Assembly (NCBI GenBank): GCA_947589105.1
Contig: CANQBL010000002.1
Location: 25,698-89,697, forward strand
Direction: 5' to 3'
Source of the DNA: an uncultured Bacilli bacterium
GTDB taxonomy: Bacteria > Bacillota_I > Bacilli_A > RF39 > UBA660
Length of the DNA: 64,000 bases
Shown: in pieces, positions 8,055-18,100 of the stretch
Numbering within the stretch: position 1 is the first letter of the stretch
How the letters are laid out: each line of letters starts with the position of its first letter
Position numbers and translations under genes: made by a program
The notes under the pieces: model-generated
Databases searched by the model: none
The model's input: the letters and a program-made list of their open reading frames with translations, nothing else
What the model was told of the DNA's origin: nothing

Positions 8055-9140
8055 ATGAATAGTAAAGAATTTGTAAAAGCATTAAAAAACATTTGTGAAG
8101 AAAAAGGAATAAGTGAAGAAGTTATTTTCGATGGAATGGAAGTTGCTCTTCAAAAAGCTTATACTAAAGAAACGGGTCTTCCAAACATCAGAATTGATAT
8201 AAATAAAAAAACTGGAGAAATAAAAGGATACTCATATCAAAAAGTAGTAAAAGAATATACTGATGGTGAGGAAGATGAAGACGGAGAAGAGGTAGTAGAA
8301 ATATTACTTGAGGATGCTAAGAAGATTGTTCCAGATATAAAACCCGGAGAAACGATAGAAGAAGAAGTGGTTTTAAAAGATTTTGGTCGTGTTGCAACTA
8401 TGGCAGCTAAGCAAATATTAGTTCAAAAGGTAAGAGAAGCTGAAAGACAAAGTATAATGACTGAGTTTCAAGATAAAGAAGGTGAATTATTAGTAGGTAC
8501 TTTATCAAGGGAAGATTCTCAAAATTACTATGTTGATTTAGGTAGAATGCATGGTATACTTCCTAAAACAGAATTAATAAAAGGTGAAAATTTAACTATG
8601 GGTTCGGTAGTTAAGGTTTATGTTACAAAAATAGATGATACTGGTAAGAACCCTTTAATATTGTTATCAAGATCTCATTATGGTTTTGTAAAAAGATTAC
8701 TTGAAAATGAAATACCTGAGTTAAATGATGGAACGGTAATTTTATATAGTGTAGCAAGGGACGCAGGGGTAAGAAGTAAGATAGCTGTTTATTCTGAAGA
8801 TCCAAACGTTGATGCAGTTGGGGCTTGTATTGGAGAAAAAGGATCTAGAATTAACCGATTAACAGAAGAATTGGGTGGAGAAAAAATAGATGTTGTTATG
8901 TATGATAAAGATCCAGTAACCTTTATTAAAAATTCTCTTTCTCCTGCTAAGGATGTAAACGTTTACATATTAGATGATAAGAAAAAAGAAGCTTTAGCTA
9001 TTGCTGAAGGAGATAATTTATCATTAGCTATTGGTAAAAAAGGACAAAACGTAAGACTTGCAGCTCGTTTGACTCATTATAGGATAGACGTTAAAACAAA
9101 TGAGCAAGTTAAAGAAGAAAAAATAGTTTTAAATAAATAA
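8055..9140 (+). CDS. nusA: Transcription termination/antitermination factor NusA
   Basis: 361 aa; S1 and tandem KH regions (GACIGEKGSRINRLTEELGGEKIDVV, AIGKKGQNVRLAARLT); conserved position in the nusA-infB operon. Confidence 0.9.
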   Translation: MNSKEFVKALKNICEEKGISEEVIFDGMEVALQKAYTKETGLPNIRIDINKKTGEIKGYSYQKVVKEYTDGEEDEDGEEVVEILLEDAKKIVPDIKPGETIEEEVVLKDFGRVATMAAKQILVQKVREAERQSIMTEFQDKEGELLVGTLSREDSQNYYVDLGRMHGILPKTELIKGENLTMGSVVKVYVTKIDDTGKNPLILLSRSHYGFVKRLLENEIPELNDGTVILYSVARDAGVRSKIAVYSEDPNVDAVGACIGEKGSRINRLTEELGGEKIDVVMYDKDPVTFIKNSLSPAKDVNVYILDDKKKEALAIAEGDNLSLAIGKKGQNVRLAARLTHYRIDVKTNEQVKEEKIVLNK

Positions 9141-9166
9141 TGATAACATAGGGTAAGGTGATTTAA

Positions 9167-9436
9167 TTGAAACAAAAAAAAATACCAATGCGTTCTTGTG
9201 TTGTTACTAAAGAAAAGTATCCTAAAAAAGAACTTGTTAGAGTGGTTAAGGATAATAAGGGTTTAGTTTCAGTAGATTTAACTGGTAAATTAAATGGACA
9301 TGGAGCATACTTAAAAAAAGATATAGAAGTTGTTGATTTAGCAAGAAAAACTAAAGTCTTAGAACGTTATTTAAATACACAAATATCAGATGATATTTAT
9401 GATGAATTAAGGAGTGTTATAAGTAAGAATAGCTAA
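9167..9436 (+). CDS. ylxR: YlxR/RnpM family protein (DUF448)
   Basis: 89 aa, IPMRSCVVTKEKYPKKELVRVV..., between nusA and infB. Confidence 0.75.
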   Translation: MKQKKIPMRSCVVTKEKYPKKELVRVVKDNKGLVSVDLTGKLNGHGAYLKKDIEVVDLARKTKVLERYLNTQISDDIYDELRSVISKNS

Positions 9437-9454
9437 TAGAAAGGACGTGGTAAT

Positions 9455-11599
9455 ATGATGAGTGTTTTAGAATACGCAGAAGATATGAATAAAGATGTTA
9501 AAGAAATTTTAAAAAAGTGTGAAAAATTAAATATTAAAGTATCAAATAAAGAAGATATGCTTGATGATGAGGCAATTGTTTTATTGGATAATGCGTTTTC
9601 AAATGAGGAAGAAAAGGAAGATTCCACTATAGAAATAGAACAAGATGAAGAAATAATAAAAAAAATTGAGGAAGATGATTACTATGATGAAGTAGTAGAT
9701 TCCTTAATTGATAAAAAAGATACTATATATAGTAATGAACCAGTACCTTTAAAGAAGAAAAAAAATAAAAGTAAACAAAAAGATATAAAAGAAGCTAAAA
9801 AAGCAATGTATAAAAATAAAGAAAAATTAGTTTCTAATGAGGGAGAAACCTTAGAAAACGTTGTTTTATATAAAGATGGTATGACAATTAAGGAATTTTC
9901 TTTAAATCTTAACATATCTGTATCGGAGCTTTTAAAGAAACTTATGGATTTAGGAATAATGGCAAACATGAATGCTAAAATAAGTTTTGATGATGCTTCG
10001 GTTATAGCTCTTGAGTTTAATAAAACAATAAAAAAGGAAGAACAAATGGATATTTCAAATTTTGAAATGTTTGAAATAACTGATGATCCTAAGGATTTGA
10101 AAGAACGACCTGCGGTTGTTACTATTATGGGACATGTTGATCATGGAAAAACTTCCTTACTTGATGCTATTAGAAAAAGCAAGGTTGTAGATGGTGAATT
10201 TGGTGGTATAACCCAGCATATAGGAGCTTATCAAGTTAAATATAAAGATAAGAAAATAACTTTTATAGATACTCCAGGACATGCTGCTTTTACAGAAATG
10301 AGGGCTAGGGGAGCTTCCATTACTGACATTGTAATAATAATAGTTGCTGCTGATGATGGGGTTATGCCTCAAACTAAGGAAGCTATAGATCATGCAAAAG
10401 CTGCTAAAGTTCCTATAATAGTTGCAATAAATAAAATAGATAAACCTGGAGCAGATATTGATAAGGTAATGCGTGAGATGAGTGAAAACGGACTTACTCC
10501 AGATACTTGGGGTGGAGATACATTGTTTGTTAACATTTCAGCTAAAACGCATGAAGGAATAGATAATCTTTTAGATAATTTATTACTTGTTGCCGAAATG
10601 CAAGAATTAAAAGCAAATCCATCAAGGTATGCAATGGGAACGGTTATTGAATCTAAGTTAGACAAAAACGTTGGTTCTCAAATAACTTTACTAATTCAAA
10701 ATGGTACGTTAAGGTTAGGAGATCCAGTGGTTGTAGGAGAATACTTTGGTAAGGTAAGAACTTTAAAAAATGATTTAGGGGAAGAAGTTGTTGAAGCTAC
10801 CCCATCAACCCCAGTTGAGGTTACAGGTATTTCTGGAGTTCCTACGGCAGGTGATAAGTTTATGGCCTTTGATTCTGAAAAGAAAGCTCATGCAGTTGCT
10901 GAGCAAAGAAGTGAAGTTGCAAAATTAAAATCAAATACTTTATCAAGTGCTATTAGTTTAGATGATTTATTTGGAAAGATTTCAGAAGGTTTAAAAGAAA
11001 TTAACATCGTTTTAAAAGCTGATGTTAAGGGAAGTGAAGAAGCTGTTAAAAACACTTTATCTAAAATAAACGTTGAAGGTTGCAAATTAAACGTAATAAG
11101 AAGTGGTGTTGGAACTATTACCGAAAGTGATATAGTACTTGCAAATGCATCAAGTGCCATAATAATAGGTTTTAACGTAAGACCTACTGGTAAAATATTA
11201 GATATTGCTAAAGAATATGGAGTTGACGTAAGACTTCATAACATAATTTATAAAGTAGTAGAAGAAATGGAAGCAGCTATGAAGGGAATGCTTGATCCAG
11301 AGTATGAAGAAAAAACTTTAGGACAAGCAGAAATAAGAAAAATATATAAATTTTCTAAAACTGGTAATATTGCAGGATGTTATGTGTTAGATGGTGTTAT
11401 AAAATCTGATTCTAAGGCAAGATTAATTAGAGATGGTGTTGTAATTTATGATGGTAGCATTAATACTATTCAAAGAGAAAAAGATCAGGTAAAAGAAGTA
11501 AAAGCTGGTTATGAATGTGGTATTACCTTGGATAATTATCAAGATATAAAAGAAAAAGATATTATAGAAGCTTACGAATTAATAGAAATAAAGGGGTAA
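9455..11599 (+). CDS. infB: Translation initiation factor IF-2
   Basis: 714 aa. G-domain [20 protein letters not shown] and NKID, followed by a beta-barrel and the C-terminal domain. Confidence 0.95.
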   Translation: MMSVLEYAEDMNKDVKEILKKCEKLNIKVSNKEDMLDDEAIVLLDNAFSNEEEKEDSTIEIEQDEEIIKKIEEDDYYDEVVDSLIDKKDTIYSNEPVPLKKKKNKSKQKDIKEAKKAMYKNKEKLVSNEGETLENVVLYKDGMTIKEFSLNLNISVSELLKKLMDLGIMANMNAKISFDDASVIALEFNKTIKKEEQMDISNFEMFEITDDPKDLKERPAVVTIMGHVDHGKTSLLDAIRKSKVVDGEFGGITQHIGAYQVKYKDKKITFIDTPGHAAFTEMRARGASITDIVIIIVAADDGVMPQTKEAIDHAKAAKVPIIVAINKIDKPGADIDKVMREMSENGLTPDTWGGDTLFVNISAKTHEGIDNLLDNLLLVAEMQELKANPSRYAMGTVIESKLDKNVGSQITLLIQNGTLRLGDPVVVGEYFGKVRTLKNDLGEEVVEATPSTPVEVTGISGVPTAGDKFMAFDSEKKAHAVAEQRSEVAKLKSNTLSSAISLDDLFGKISEGLKEINIVLKADVKGSEEAVKNTLSKINVEGCKLNVIRSGVGTITESDIVLANASSAIIIGFNVRPTGKILDIAKEYGVDVRLHNIIYKVVEEMEAAMKGMLDPEYEEKTLGQAEIRKIYKFSKTGNIAGCYVLDGVIKSDSKARLIRDGVVIYDGSINTIQREKDQVKEVKAGYECGITLDNYQDIKEKDIIEAYELIEIKG

Positions 11600-11602
11600 T
11601 TT

Positions 11603-11941
11603 ATGAGTGTTAAAACAGATAGAATTGCAAATTTATTAATAAAAGAAATTAGTGAAATATTACAAAATGAAGTATATGATGAAGATATAAAATTTGTTAC
11701 AATAACTGCTTGTAAAGTAGATACAGATTTATCTTTGGCACAGGTTTATTGTACTGTATTAAATGATTCAAAAAAAGAAAAGTGTTTACATGATTTAAAT
11801 GCTGCTAAAGGTTTTATTAAAACTGAACTAGCTAAAAGAAAATTAGAAATAAGAAAGATACCGGATTTAAGATTTATATATGATGAATCTATATCTTATG
11901 GTACTAAAATAGAAAAAATTATAAAAGAAATAAACGAATAA
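11603..11941 (+). CDS. rbfA: Ribosome-binding factor A
   Basis: 112 aa with a KH-like fold, immediately after infB. Confidence 0.85.
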   Translation: MSVKTDRIANLLIKEISEILQNEVYDEDIKFVTITACKVDTDLSLAQVYCTVLNDSKKEKCLHDLNAAKGFIKTELAKRKLEIRKIPDLRFIYDESISYGTKIEKIIKEINE

Positions 11942-12088
11942 CTTGTTTATTTCTTTTTTAATACCCTTTATAATCAAAGTTAAAGTTTATTATGTTAGTT
12001 AATATAATCTAAAAAATAGTATTTTTTTGTAGAAATAATAATAAAAACAATGTATAATTATATTAGAGATAAGGTAAGGTGGTATTAT

Positions 12089-13447
12089 ATGATAAATTTA
12101 GTAAAAAAAGAAAATCTTAATCTTGGAATATTGGAAACTGATTTTGATGTTTTTGCTGATATTGTTAATACCTTTTCTAGCGAAGAAGCAAAAAAAGATT
12201 GTTTGCTTGATTTAGATGAGTATGTTATTCCACAATATTTTAGAAATAAAATTACATTAGTTGTTCAAACTAACAAGATGCTTATTGGATATACCACTTT
12301 TGAGTTTAAAAATAATAATAATATTTCTCAAGTTGAGATAAATAAATTATATGTTCTTGATGAGTTTAAAAATAAAAATATGGAAGCACTTTTGATTGAA
12401 GGAGTCATATATATTGCAGGGGAGGTTGGCTCTAGAAATGTTTTAGTTACGGTAGATGAACATAATTCTGGAATGCTTAAAATTTATCAATCTTTAGGTT
12501 TTTATGAGGTTGGTATAAACGAAACCGGAAATCTTTTAAGTGTAAATGTAAATTCAGCGGTTAGAATTAGAATGCTTAATGATAAATTTAGGAATATTCC
12601 AAGTGATTCAGTAGATTATAAAAGTTTAAAGTTAGTTAAGAAGATAACAACTGGAAGGTCAGGTAATATTTACTTAACTCAAGACGGAAGAATTCTTAAG
12701 ATGTTTACTTCTACTTCTTTTACCTATGTAAAAGATAGGGAAGAAACTATTAAATATATTAAAAGTCTTGATATTCCTGAAATTGTAAAACCAAAACATT
12801 TAGTTTACTATGATGGTATATTTGTTGGATACATAATGGAATATCTTCCAGAAGGTGATGCTTTATGCAAGAAGAGTGAAAGTTATAGTTTTGAAGAAAA
12901 AATTGACAAGATAAAAGAAATTGAAAGAGTTATGAAAAAACTTCATAAAGAAAAGATTTATATATGTGATTTAAATCCTGATAATATTTTCTTTGATAAA
13001 AATGGAAGAATTAAATTAATAGATTGTGATGCTTTTGTTGTTAAAGATAATGTTATTAATAATGAGGTTGATTTAAAATTTAGAGATCCTTTAAATAAAA
13101 TAGTTTCAGAAAAAACAGATTTGTATGCTTTTTCTATTACAACTTTACAACTTTTAATAGATAAAGAAATTCCTAATGATGCTAGTTTTTCAGAAGTAGA
13201 AAAGATATATAGTAAAAATAAAAATAAATTACCAATAAGTTTTAAAAATTATTATGATAATATATTTAAAGGAAAAGATCGCTATTACTTAACAGATTCT
13301 TACGAACGTTATTTAAATGAAATGTATACAATGGATGGAAATGATGATGAAGATAATAAAAGTGGTAGAATTAGTGTCATTATATTATCGTTTATAATGC
13401 TTGTAATTGCGGTTATTGGTTATTTTGTATTTAAATCTAGCAAGTAG
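12089..13447 (+). CDS. Fusion protein: N-terminal GNAT acetyltransferase domain, eukaryotic-like protein kinase-like domain, and C-terminal TM anchor
   Basis: ATG at 12089 follows the RBS AAGGTGG. The GNAT-like region reads ALLIEGVIYIAGEVGSRNV...KIYQSLGFYEV. Kinase-like elements: G-loop GRSGNIY, Lys motif ILKMF, catalytic loop ICDLNPDNIFF, DFG-like LIDCDAF. A C-terminal hydrophobic helix (ISVIILSFIMLVIAVIGYFVF) follows. Confidence 0.55.
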   Translation: MINLVKKENLNLGILETDFDVFADIVNTFSSEEAKKDCLLDLDEYVIPQYFRNKITLVVQTNKMLIGYTTFEFKNNNNISQVEINKLYVLDEFKNKNMEALLIEGVIYIAGEVGSRNVLVTVDEHNSGMLKIYQSLGFYEVGINETGNLLSVNVNSAVRIRMLNDKFRNIPSDSVDYKSLKLVKKITTGRSGNIYLTQDGRILKMFTSTSFTYVKDREETIKYIKSLDIPEIVKPKHLVYYDGIFVGYIMEYLPEGDALCKKSESYSFEEKIDKIKEIERVMKKLHKEKIYICDLNPDNIFFDKNGRIKLIDCDAFVVKDNVINNEVDLKFRDPLNKIVSEKTDLYAFSITTLQLLIDKEIPNDASFSEVEKIYSKNKNKLPISFKNYYDNIFKGKDRYYLTDSYERYLNEMYTMDGNDDEDNKSGRISVIILSFIMLVIAVIGYFVFKSSK

Positions 13448-13462
13448 AAACTTGCTTTTTTA
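13437..13462 (+). terminator. Rho-independent terminator
   Basis: GCAAG-tagaaa-CTTGC followed by TTTTTT, overlapping the stop codon. Confidence 0.6.
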
Positions 13463-13592
13463 ATTTTCTTAACAATTTAAAAAATATAAATAAAAAAGAA
13501 ATATTAACTGAAAAAATGTTATTAAAAAATATTGACAATTATTAAAGTTTGTGGTAGCATAACTGTCATTCAAACAAAAGGGGGAGATTTGA

Positions 13593-15605
13593 ATGAATTT
13601 ATTAAGCATTTTAGAAATTATATTTAATAATGCACAAAACGAAATACAAAAATCAAATTTAGAAGCTTCTGATGTAGCTAAACAAGAGGATAAACAATGG
13701 CTTGAAAAATTAAATAAAAAGTGTATTTTAAAAACAAATAACAAAGTTTATACTGCTAAAGAAGGAATTATTGAAGCCAAAAAGCAACGTAATAAAATTT
13801 TACTTGATTTAACAACTGGTAAGAATGATGAGAAAACTCAAATCAAATTAGGAGAAGACTTAGTTTATTTAAATAAAGTAATTTATAGTTATGACACTTG
13901 TTTTATTGAAAAAGAAAACGTTAAAAATGAAGCTATATTAATTGATGCTAAAAATAAAAAAAGTACGGCAGTAAAAAATGCTATTGAAGATTCAATTAAA
14001 AAAATTAACGAGCAAATAACTAAAATGGTAGGAGAACTTGACGAATTAAAACAGGATATAGTTAATTGCAACAATATAGAAGAATTAGACAAAAAATATG
14101 AAAAATATAAAAACATAGTTCAATTAAATAAATTTAAAAATGCTATGCAAGAACTTTTATCTATTAATGGAGTAATAAAAAGTGAAACTGCTTTAGCTTC
14201 TTTAAAAGAAGGACTAATTGATGAACATAAATCAGTTGTTGAGTCATATTATAAACTTATAATTCTTAACGGTATAAATTTAAAAAGACATACTAAATCA
14301 AAGGATACTGATTTTGGAAAATCAGATAATGAAAATGCAATTAATGAAATAAATTATTATTTTGATATAGCAAAGGAAAAAAATAGTAAAGAAGCTTTAA
14401 ATTATGCTGTTGATTTAATTAAACTAATAAATGACAAAGATTTAAGAGGCGATTTAGAATCTGAAGCTGCTTCAATTTCTTCTTTAATGAATACAAAACC
14501 TAAAAAAGATTTGTCTAAAGAAGTACAACAAGCAAAAGAATTAGTTGAAATAGTAAAAAAGACTGGAAAAGTAAAAGATTTTAAAAATGCTTTAAAGGCT
14601 AAAAATTCACTTCCTGAAGGTGAACAAAGAGATGAGATATCTAAAGAATTATTAGAGGTTTGTGAAAAAAATAAAAATAATTTTGATAAGTTATTTAATA
14701 AAATACTTGATGATATTTGTTTGGATAAAAATCTTCTAGAAGATGAAATAAATGAATTAACAGATCGTTATCAATATTTAAAAAAAGATTACGTATCTGA
14801 AATACAAAATGAATATGATAAAATTATAACGATTTATAATAATCAAGTTCAAAAACAATATCAAAAAAGTTTAAATGAAAAAGATATTGAAAAATATAGT
14901 GCTGCTGATAAGTTTAGAGAAATATTTGGTGGTATTATAGTTAACTTCTTTTCTGGTGCTATAAAAAATTCTCACTATCGTAAATTAAATAAATTACCAG
15001 AAAAATTATCTGAAGAAAAAAATGAAGCTGAAGAAAAGAAAATTTTAAATAAAATTAATAAAGTAAAAGAAGAAATTTCTGAAAGTGATGTTGTAAGTGG
15101 AATAAGATTATTTGTTTCAAGAAATAAACTAGCTAAGAAAAAGCCAAAATTATATAAAGAGGATGTTAATAATAAAGGATTTAAAAAAGTTAGTGAAGAT
15201 GAAATATTATATCAGACAAGAGAAACTGATAATATTAGTAAACTATTAACTCGTGGTTTAAATAAAAAGCTAAGAGATAGTAATATTTTAAATAGTAAAT
15301 CTCGTGCTATTACAATACTAGAACAATATTTAGAATTAATTTCTTCTGGTACTTATAATGCGGATTATGTGATAGAAGCTTATAATTTCTTAAAAAATGT
15401 AGAAGATGTTCTTTCAGAAAGTGAATATAAAGGATATTATGATGAAATTAGAATGATTGATGAATATCGTAAAAGTAATTATGGTATGCCTTATCATATG
15501 AATAATAAAGAAGATCATAACGAAGTTGATGATGTAATTAAATATTATGATAGTGAAGAATATCAAGAAGCTTTAAAAGAGGGAAGGTTTATTAAAAGGA
15601 ATTAA
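13593..15605 (+). CDS. Large (670 aa) charged coiled-coil hypothetical protein
   Basis: Strong RBS (AAGGGGGAGATTTGA-ATG). K/E-rich, predicted extended alpha-helical. No catalytic motif recognised. Confidence 0.5.
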   Translation: MNLLSILEIIFNNAQNEIQKSNLEASDVAKQEDKQWLEKLNKKCILKTNNKVYTAKEGIIEAKKQRNKILLDLTTGKNDEKTQIKLGEDLVYLNKVIYSYDTCFIEKENVKNEAILIDAKNKKSTAVKNAIEDSIKKINEQITKMVGELDELKQDIVNCNNIEELDKKYEKYKNIVQLNKFKNAMQELLSINGVIKSETALASLKEGLIDEHKSVVESYYKLIILNGINLKRHTKSKDTDFGKSDNENAINEINYYFDIAKEKNSKEALNYAVDLIKLINDKDLRGDLESEAASISSLMNTKPKKDLSKEVQQAKELVEIVKKTGKVKDFKNALKAKNSLPEGEQRDEISKELLEVCEKNKNNFDKLFNKILDDICLDKNLLEDEINELTDRYQYLKKDYVSEIQNEYDKIITIYNNQVQKQYQKSLNEKDIEKYSAADKFREIFGGIIVNFFSGAIKNSHYRKLNKLPEKLSEEKNEAEEKKILNKINKVKEEISESDVVSGIRLFVSRNKLAKKKPKLYKEDVNNKGFKKVSEDEILYQTRETDNISKLLTRGLNKKLRDSNILNSKSRAITILEQYLELISSGTYNADYVIEAYNFLKNVEDVLSESEYKGYYDEIRMIDEYRKSNYGMPYHMNNKEDHNEVDDVIKYYDSEEYQEALKEGRFIKRN

Positions 15606-15746
15606 TTAACCTTCTTCTTTTTTTATAAAATAATACAAAGAAGAATTCTTGATATATAAAATAAAATAATATAAAATATAGTTGTAATAAAAAATATATA
15701 CTTTAAGTTTGTTTTACTTCCGTAATTTTAAAAAGTGGTGATATAA

Positions 15747-16598
15747 ATGGATGGTATAATTATTGTCAATAAACCTAAAGCAATGACTAGTAGGGGTGTT
15801 GTAAATGATGTAGGTAAAATACTAAAAACTAAAAAAATAGGTCATACTGGAACTCTTGATCCGCTTGCTACAGGAGTACTTGTTTTATGTATTGGAAAAG
15901 CCACTAAATTAGTTGAGGTTTTAACTAGCAATGATAAGGAATACATAGCAACGGTTAAATTAGGAATATTAACAGATACATTAGATATTGAAGGTAAGAT
16001 TTTAAAAAAGAAAAACGAAAAATTAGATAAAAATAAATTAATAGAAGTATTAAATTCTTTTATTGGAACGTATAATCAAGAAGTTCCTGTTTATAGTGCT
16101 GTTAAAATAAAAGGTAAAAAATTATATGAGTATGCAAGATGCGGTATTAAAGTAGAACTTCCAATAAAAAAAGTTACCATTAAAAATATAGAATTATTAG
16201 AATATTTAGAGGATTCTTATACTTTTAAAGTAACAGTAACTAAAGGAACTTACATAAGAAGTTTAATAAGAGATATTAATCAAAAACTAAATATAATAGG
16301 GGTAATGAGTGATTTAAAGAGAATAAAACAGGGTATTTTTGATATAAAAGATTCTTATTTGTTAGAAGATATAAAAAATGGAAATTATAAAATGTTATCT
16401 ATAACTGATGTTTTAAAAGATGAAAATAGTGTTATAATAGAAGAAAAATTATATAATATAATTAAAAATGGTGGTTTAATAGACAATATTTATAATAAAA
16501 ATTACGTAGTTTTTATTTATAAAGATGAGGTTATTGCAATATATAAAAAATATGATAAAGATAATACAAAAATGAAACCATATAAAATGTTTATTTAA
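15747..16598 (+). CDS. truB: tRNA pseudouridine(55) synthase TruB
   Basis: GIIIVNKPKAMTSRGVVNDVGKIL..GHTGTLDPLATGVLVLCIGKATK carries the catalytic Asp motif. Confidence 0.9.
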   Translation: MDGIIIVNKPKAMTSRGVVNDVGKILKTKKIGHTGTLDPLATGVLVLCIGKATKLVEVLTSNDKEYIATVKLGILTDTLDIEGKILKKKNEKLDKNKLIEVLNSFIGTYNQEVPVYSAVKIKGKKLYEYARCGIKVELPIKKVTIKNIELLEYLEDSYTFKVTVTKGTYIRSLIRDINQKLNIIGVMSDLKRIKQGIFDIKDSYLLEDIKNGNYKMLSITDVLKDENSVIIEEKLYNIIKNGGLIDNIYNKNYVVFIYKDEVIAIYKKYDKDNTKMKPYKMFI

Positions 16599-16611
16599 GG
16601 AGGCTTTTAAA

Positions 16612-17634
16612 ATGAATAATTCAGTTTTTCTTATAAAAAACATAAAGAAAGAAGAAGATGTTAAAAAAATAAAAGAATTTTTATCAATATACGTTAACAA
16701 TGGTTTTTCTACGGAAAGTTTACTTGAAGTAGCTAAAGATTTTAAAGAAAGTAAACGTAATTTAGTACTTGATTATTTAGTGGATACGTCAATATTAAAT
16801 TTAAGTAAAATAGCGGGAAGCAATTATTTAAAAGATACTGACAAAGTTTATGTTATAAAAAAATTAATAGATAATGATAAAGATATTTTGCCGTTAGCTT
16901 ACTTAATAATGAACCACGTAGACGATCCTAAAAAATACTTTACTTCACATGAAATAAATTTAATTTTGAAAGACGTTGATACTAAAGAAATAATAGAAAG
17001 TTATGGTACTTATTTTGCTAGTTATTTATTAGATAAACCTAATTATTATTATCTTTTAGAAATAAAAAAAGATTTAAATAGCAGTGTATTAAACGAGGTT
17101 TATATAAAATCTTTTTGTTCAAAAGATGATTATTTAATTGTTATTAATTATTTAAATAATGAAGAAAAAAAAGATTATGTAGATAAGTTTTTAAATTACA
17201 AAGAAGCTAATTATGAAATAGCTTATGATATTTTAAAAAATAAATATTATAAGAAAGAAGATCATGAAAAATTATTAAAAATAATATCAGGTGCAAAAGC
17301 AAGTATAATATATGAAATATTAATGGAAGAACCATTAAACGAAAAAGAAAATAAAATGTTAGAAAAAGCTCTTTTAAAAACTGGTGATATAGAATATATA
17401 GCCTATTATTATTTCTTTAAAAATAAAGAAAAGTTTATTTTATTATTCGGTAGTTCATTATTATTTTTATCTTTTGTAGCATTAAATAAAAATACATTCA
17501 AAAATAAAAAATTATTAAATACTATTACAAAAATTATAAAAGATGAAGAAGCTTATTTTAGCGAAGAAGTTAAAACAAATGTTGATATTGCTTATCATAA
17601 AATGCAAAAAAATGTTAGTAACAGTAAAAAGTAG
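16612..17634 (+). CDS. Hypothetical protein with C-terminal TM segment (occupies the usual ribF position)
   Basis: 340 aa with a strong RBS. No FAD synthetase or riboflavin kinase motifs. Confidence 0.45.
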   Translation: MNNSVFLIKNIKKEEDVKKIKEFLSIYVNNGFSTESLLEVAKDFKESKRNLVLDYLVDTSILNLSKIAGSNYLKDTDKVYVIKKLIDNDKDILPLAYLIMNHVDDPKKYFTSHEINLILKDVDTKEIIESYGTYFASYLLDKPNYYYLLEIKKDLNSSVLNEVYIKSFCSKDDYLIVINYLNNEEKKDYVDKFLNYKEANYEIAYDILKNKYYKKEDHEKLLKIISGAKASIIYEILMEEPLNEKENKMLEKALLKTGDIEYIAYYYFFKNKEKFILLFGSSLLFLSFVALNKNTFKNKKLLNTITKIIKDEEAYFSEEVKTNVDIAYHKMQKNVSNSKK

Positions 17635-17770
17635 TAAAATAAAAGAAAATATCTTGCATATTTTATAAAATGAGTGTATATTATTATTGTTACCTTGTCT
17701 TAGATATTGGAAAGTACTCCTAACCGTATCTCAGATGAAGGCGAATAAAAGAAATAAGGAGGAATAAAAA

Positions 17771-18037
17771 ATGTTAAAGAAAGAAGTTAAACAAGCTATT
17801 ATTAAGAAATATGCTACTCACGAAGGAGATACTGGATCACCTGAGGTGCAAATTGCTGTTCTTACTGAAGAAATTAATGCTTTAACTGCTCATTTAAAAG
17901 AAAACATTCATGATTTTCACTCAAAAAGAGGTTTGTTAATGAAAGTAGGTAAAAGAAGAAACTTACTTAATTACTTAAAAAAAGCTGACATTAACAGATA
18001 TCGTGAAATAATTAAGAGCTTAGGTTTAAGAAAATAA
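17771..18037 (+). CDS. rpsO: 30S ribosomal protein S15
   Basis: 88 aa; [11 protein letters not shown]...[16 protein letters not shown] is the classic S15 sequence. Confidence 0.95.
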   Translation: MLKKEVKQAIIKKYATHEGDTGSPEVQIAVLTEEINALTAHLKENIHDFHSKRGLLMKVGKRRNLLNYLKKADINRYREIIKSLGLRK

Positions 18038-18042
18038 TATTG

Positions 18043-18075
18043 TTAAAAGTAGGCACTCTTTTTTGGGTGTCTTTT
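18043..18075 (+). terminator. rpsO-pnp intergenic terminator/attenuator hairpin
   Basis: AGGCACTC-tttttt-GGGTGTCT followed by TTTTA. Confidence 0.6.
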
Positions 18076-18100
18076 TATATATTTATAAAGGAGAATTAAA

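Noticed and set aside
8623-11160. Several 60-95 aa minus-strand ORFs inside nusA and infB (8623..8805, 9433..9627, 9682..9969, 10157..10393, 10390..10665, 10888..11160)
   Set aside because: All lie antisense to highly conserved genes, have no RBS, and encode Ser/Leu/Phe-rich low-complexity sequence. They are artefacts of AT-rich composition.
13469-14116. Minus-strand ORFs 13469..13744 and 13889..14116
   Set aside because: Antisense to the coiled-coil gene and its promoter region; hydrophobic low-complexity frames with no translation signals.
16476-16700. 74-aa minus-strand ORF overlapping the truB end
   Set aside because: Ile/Phe-rich antisense artefact with no RBS.
17635-17770. rpsO 5' leader, with possible autoregulatory hairpin (CCTTGTCTTAGATATTGG...TATCTCAGATGAAGG)
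   Set aside because: Plausible S15-binding leader by analogy, but the pairing I could draw by eye is imperfect, so it is not listed as a feature.
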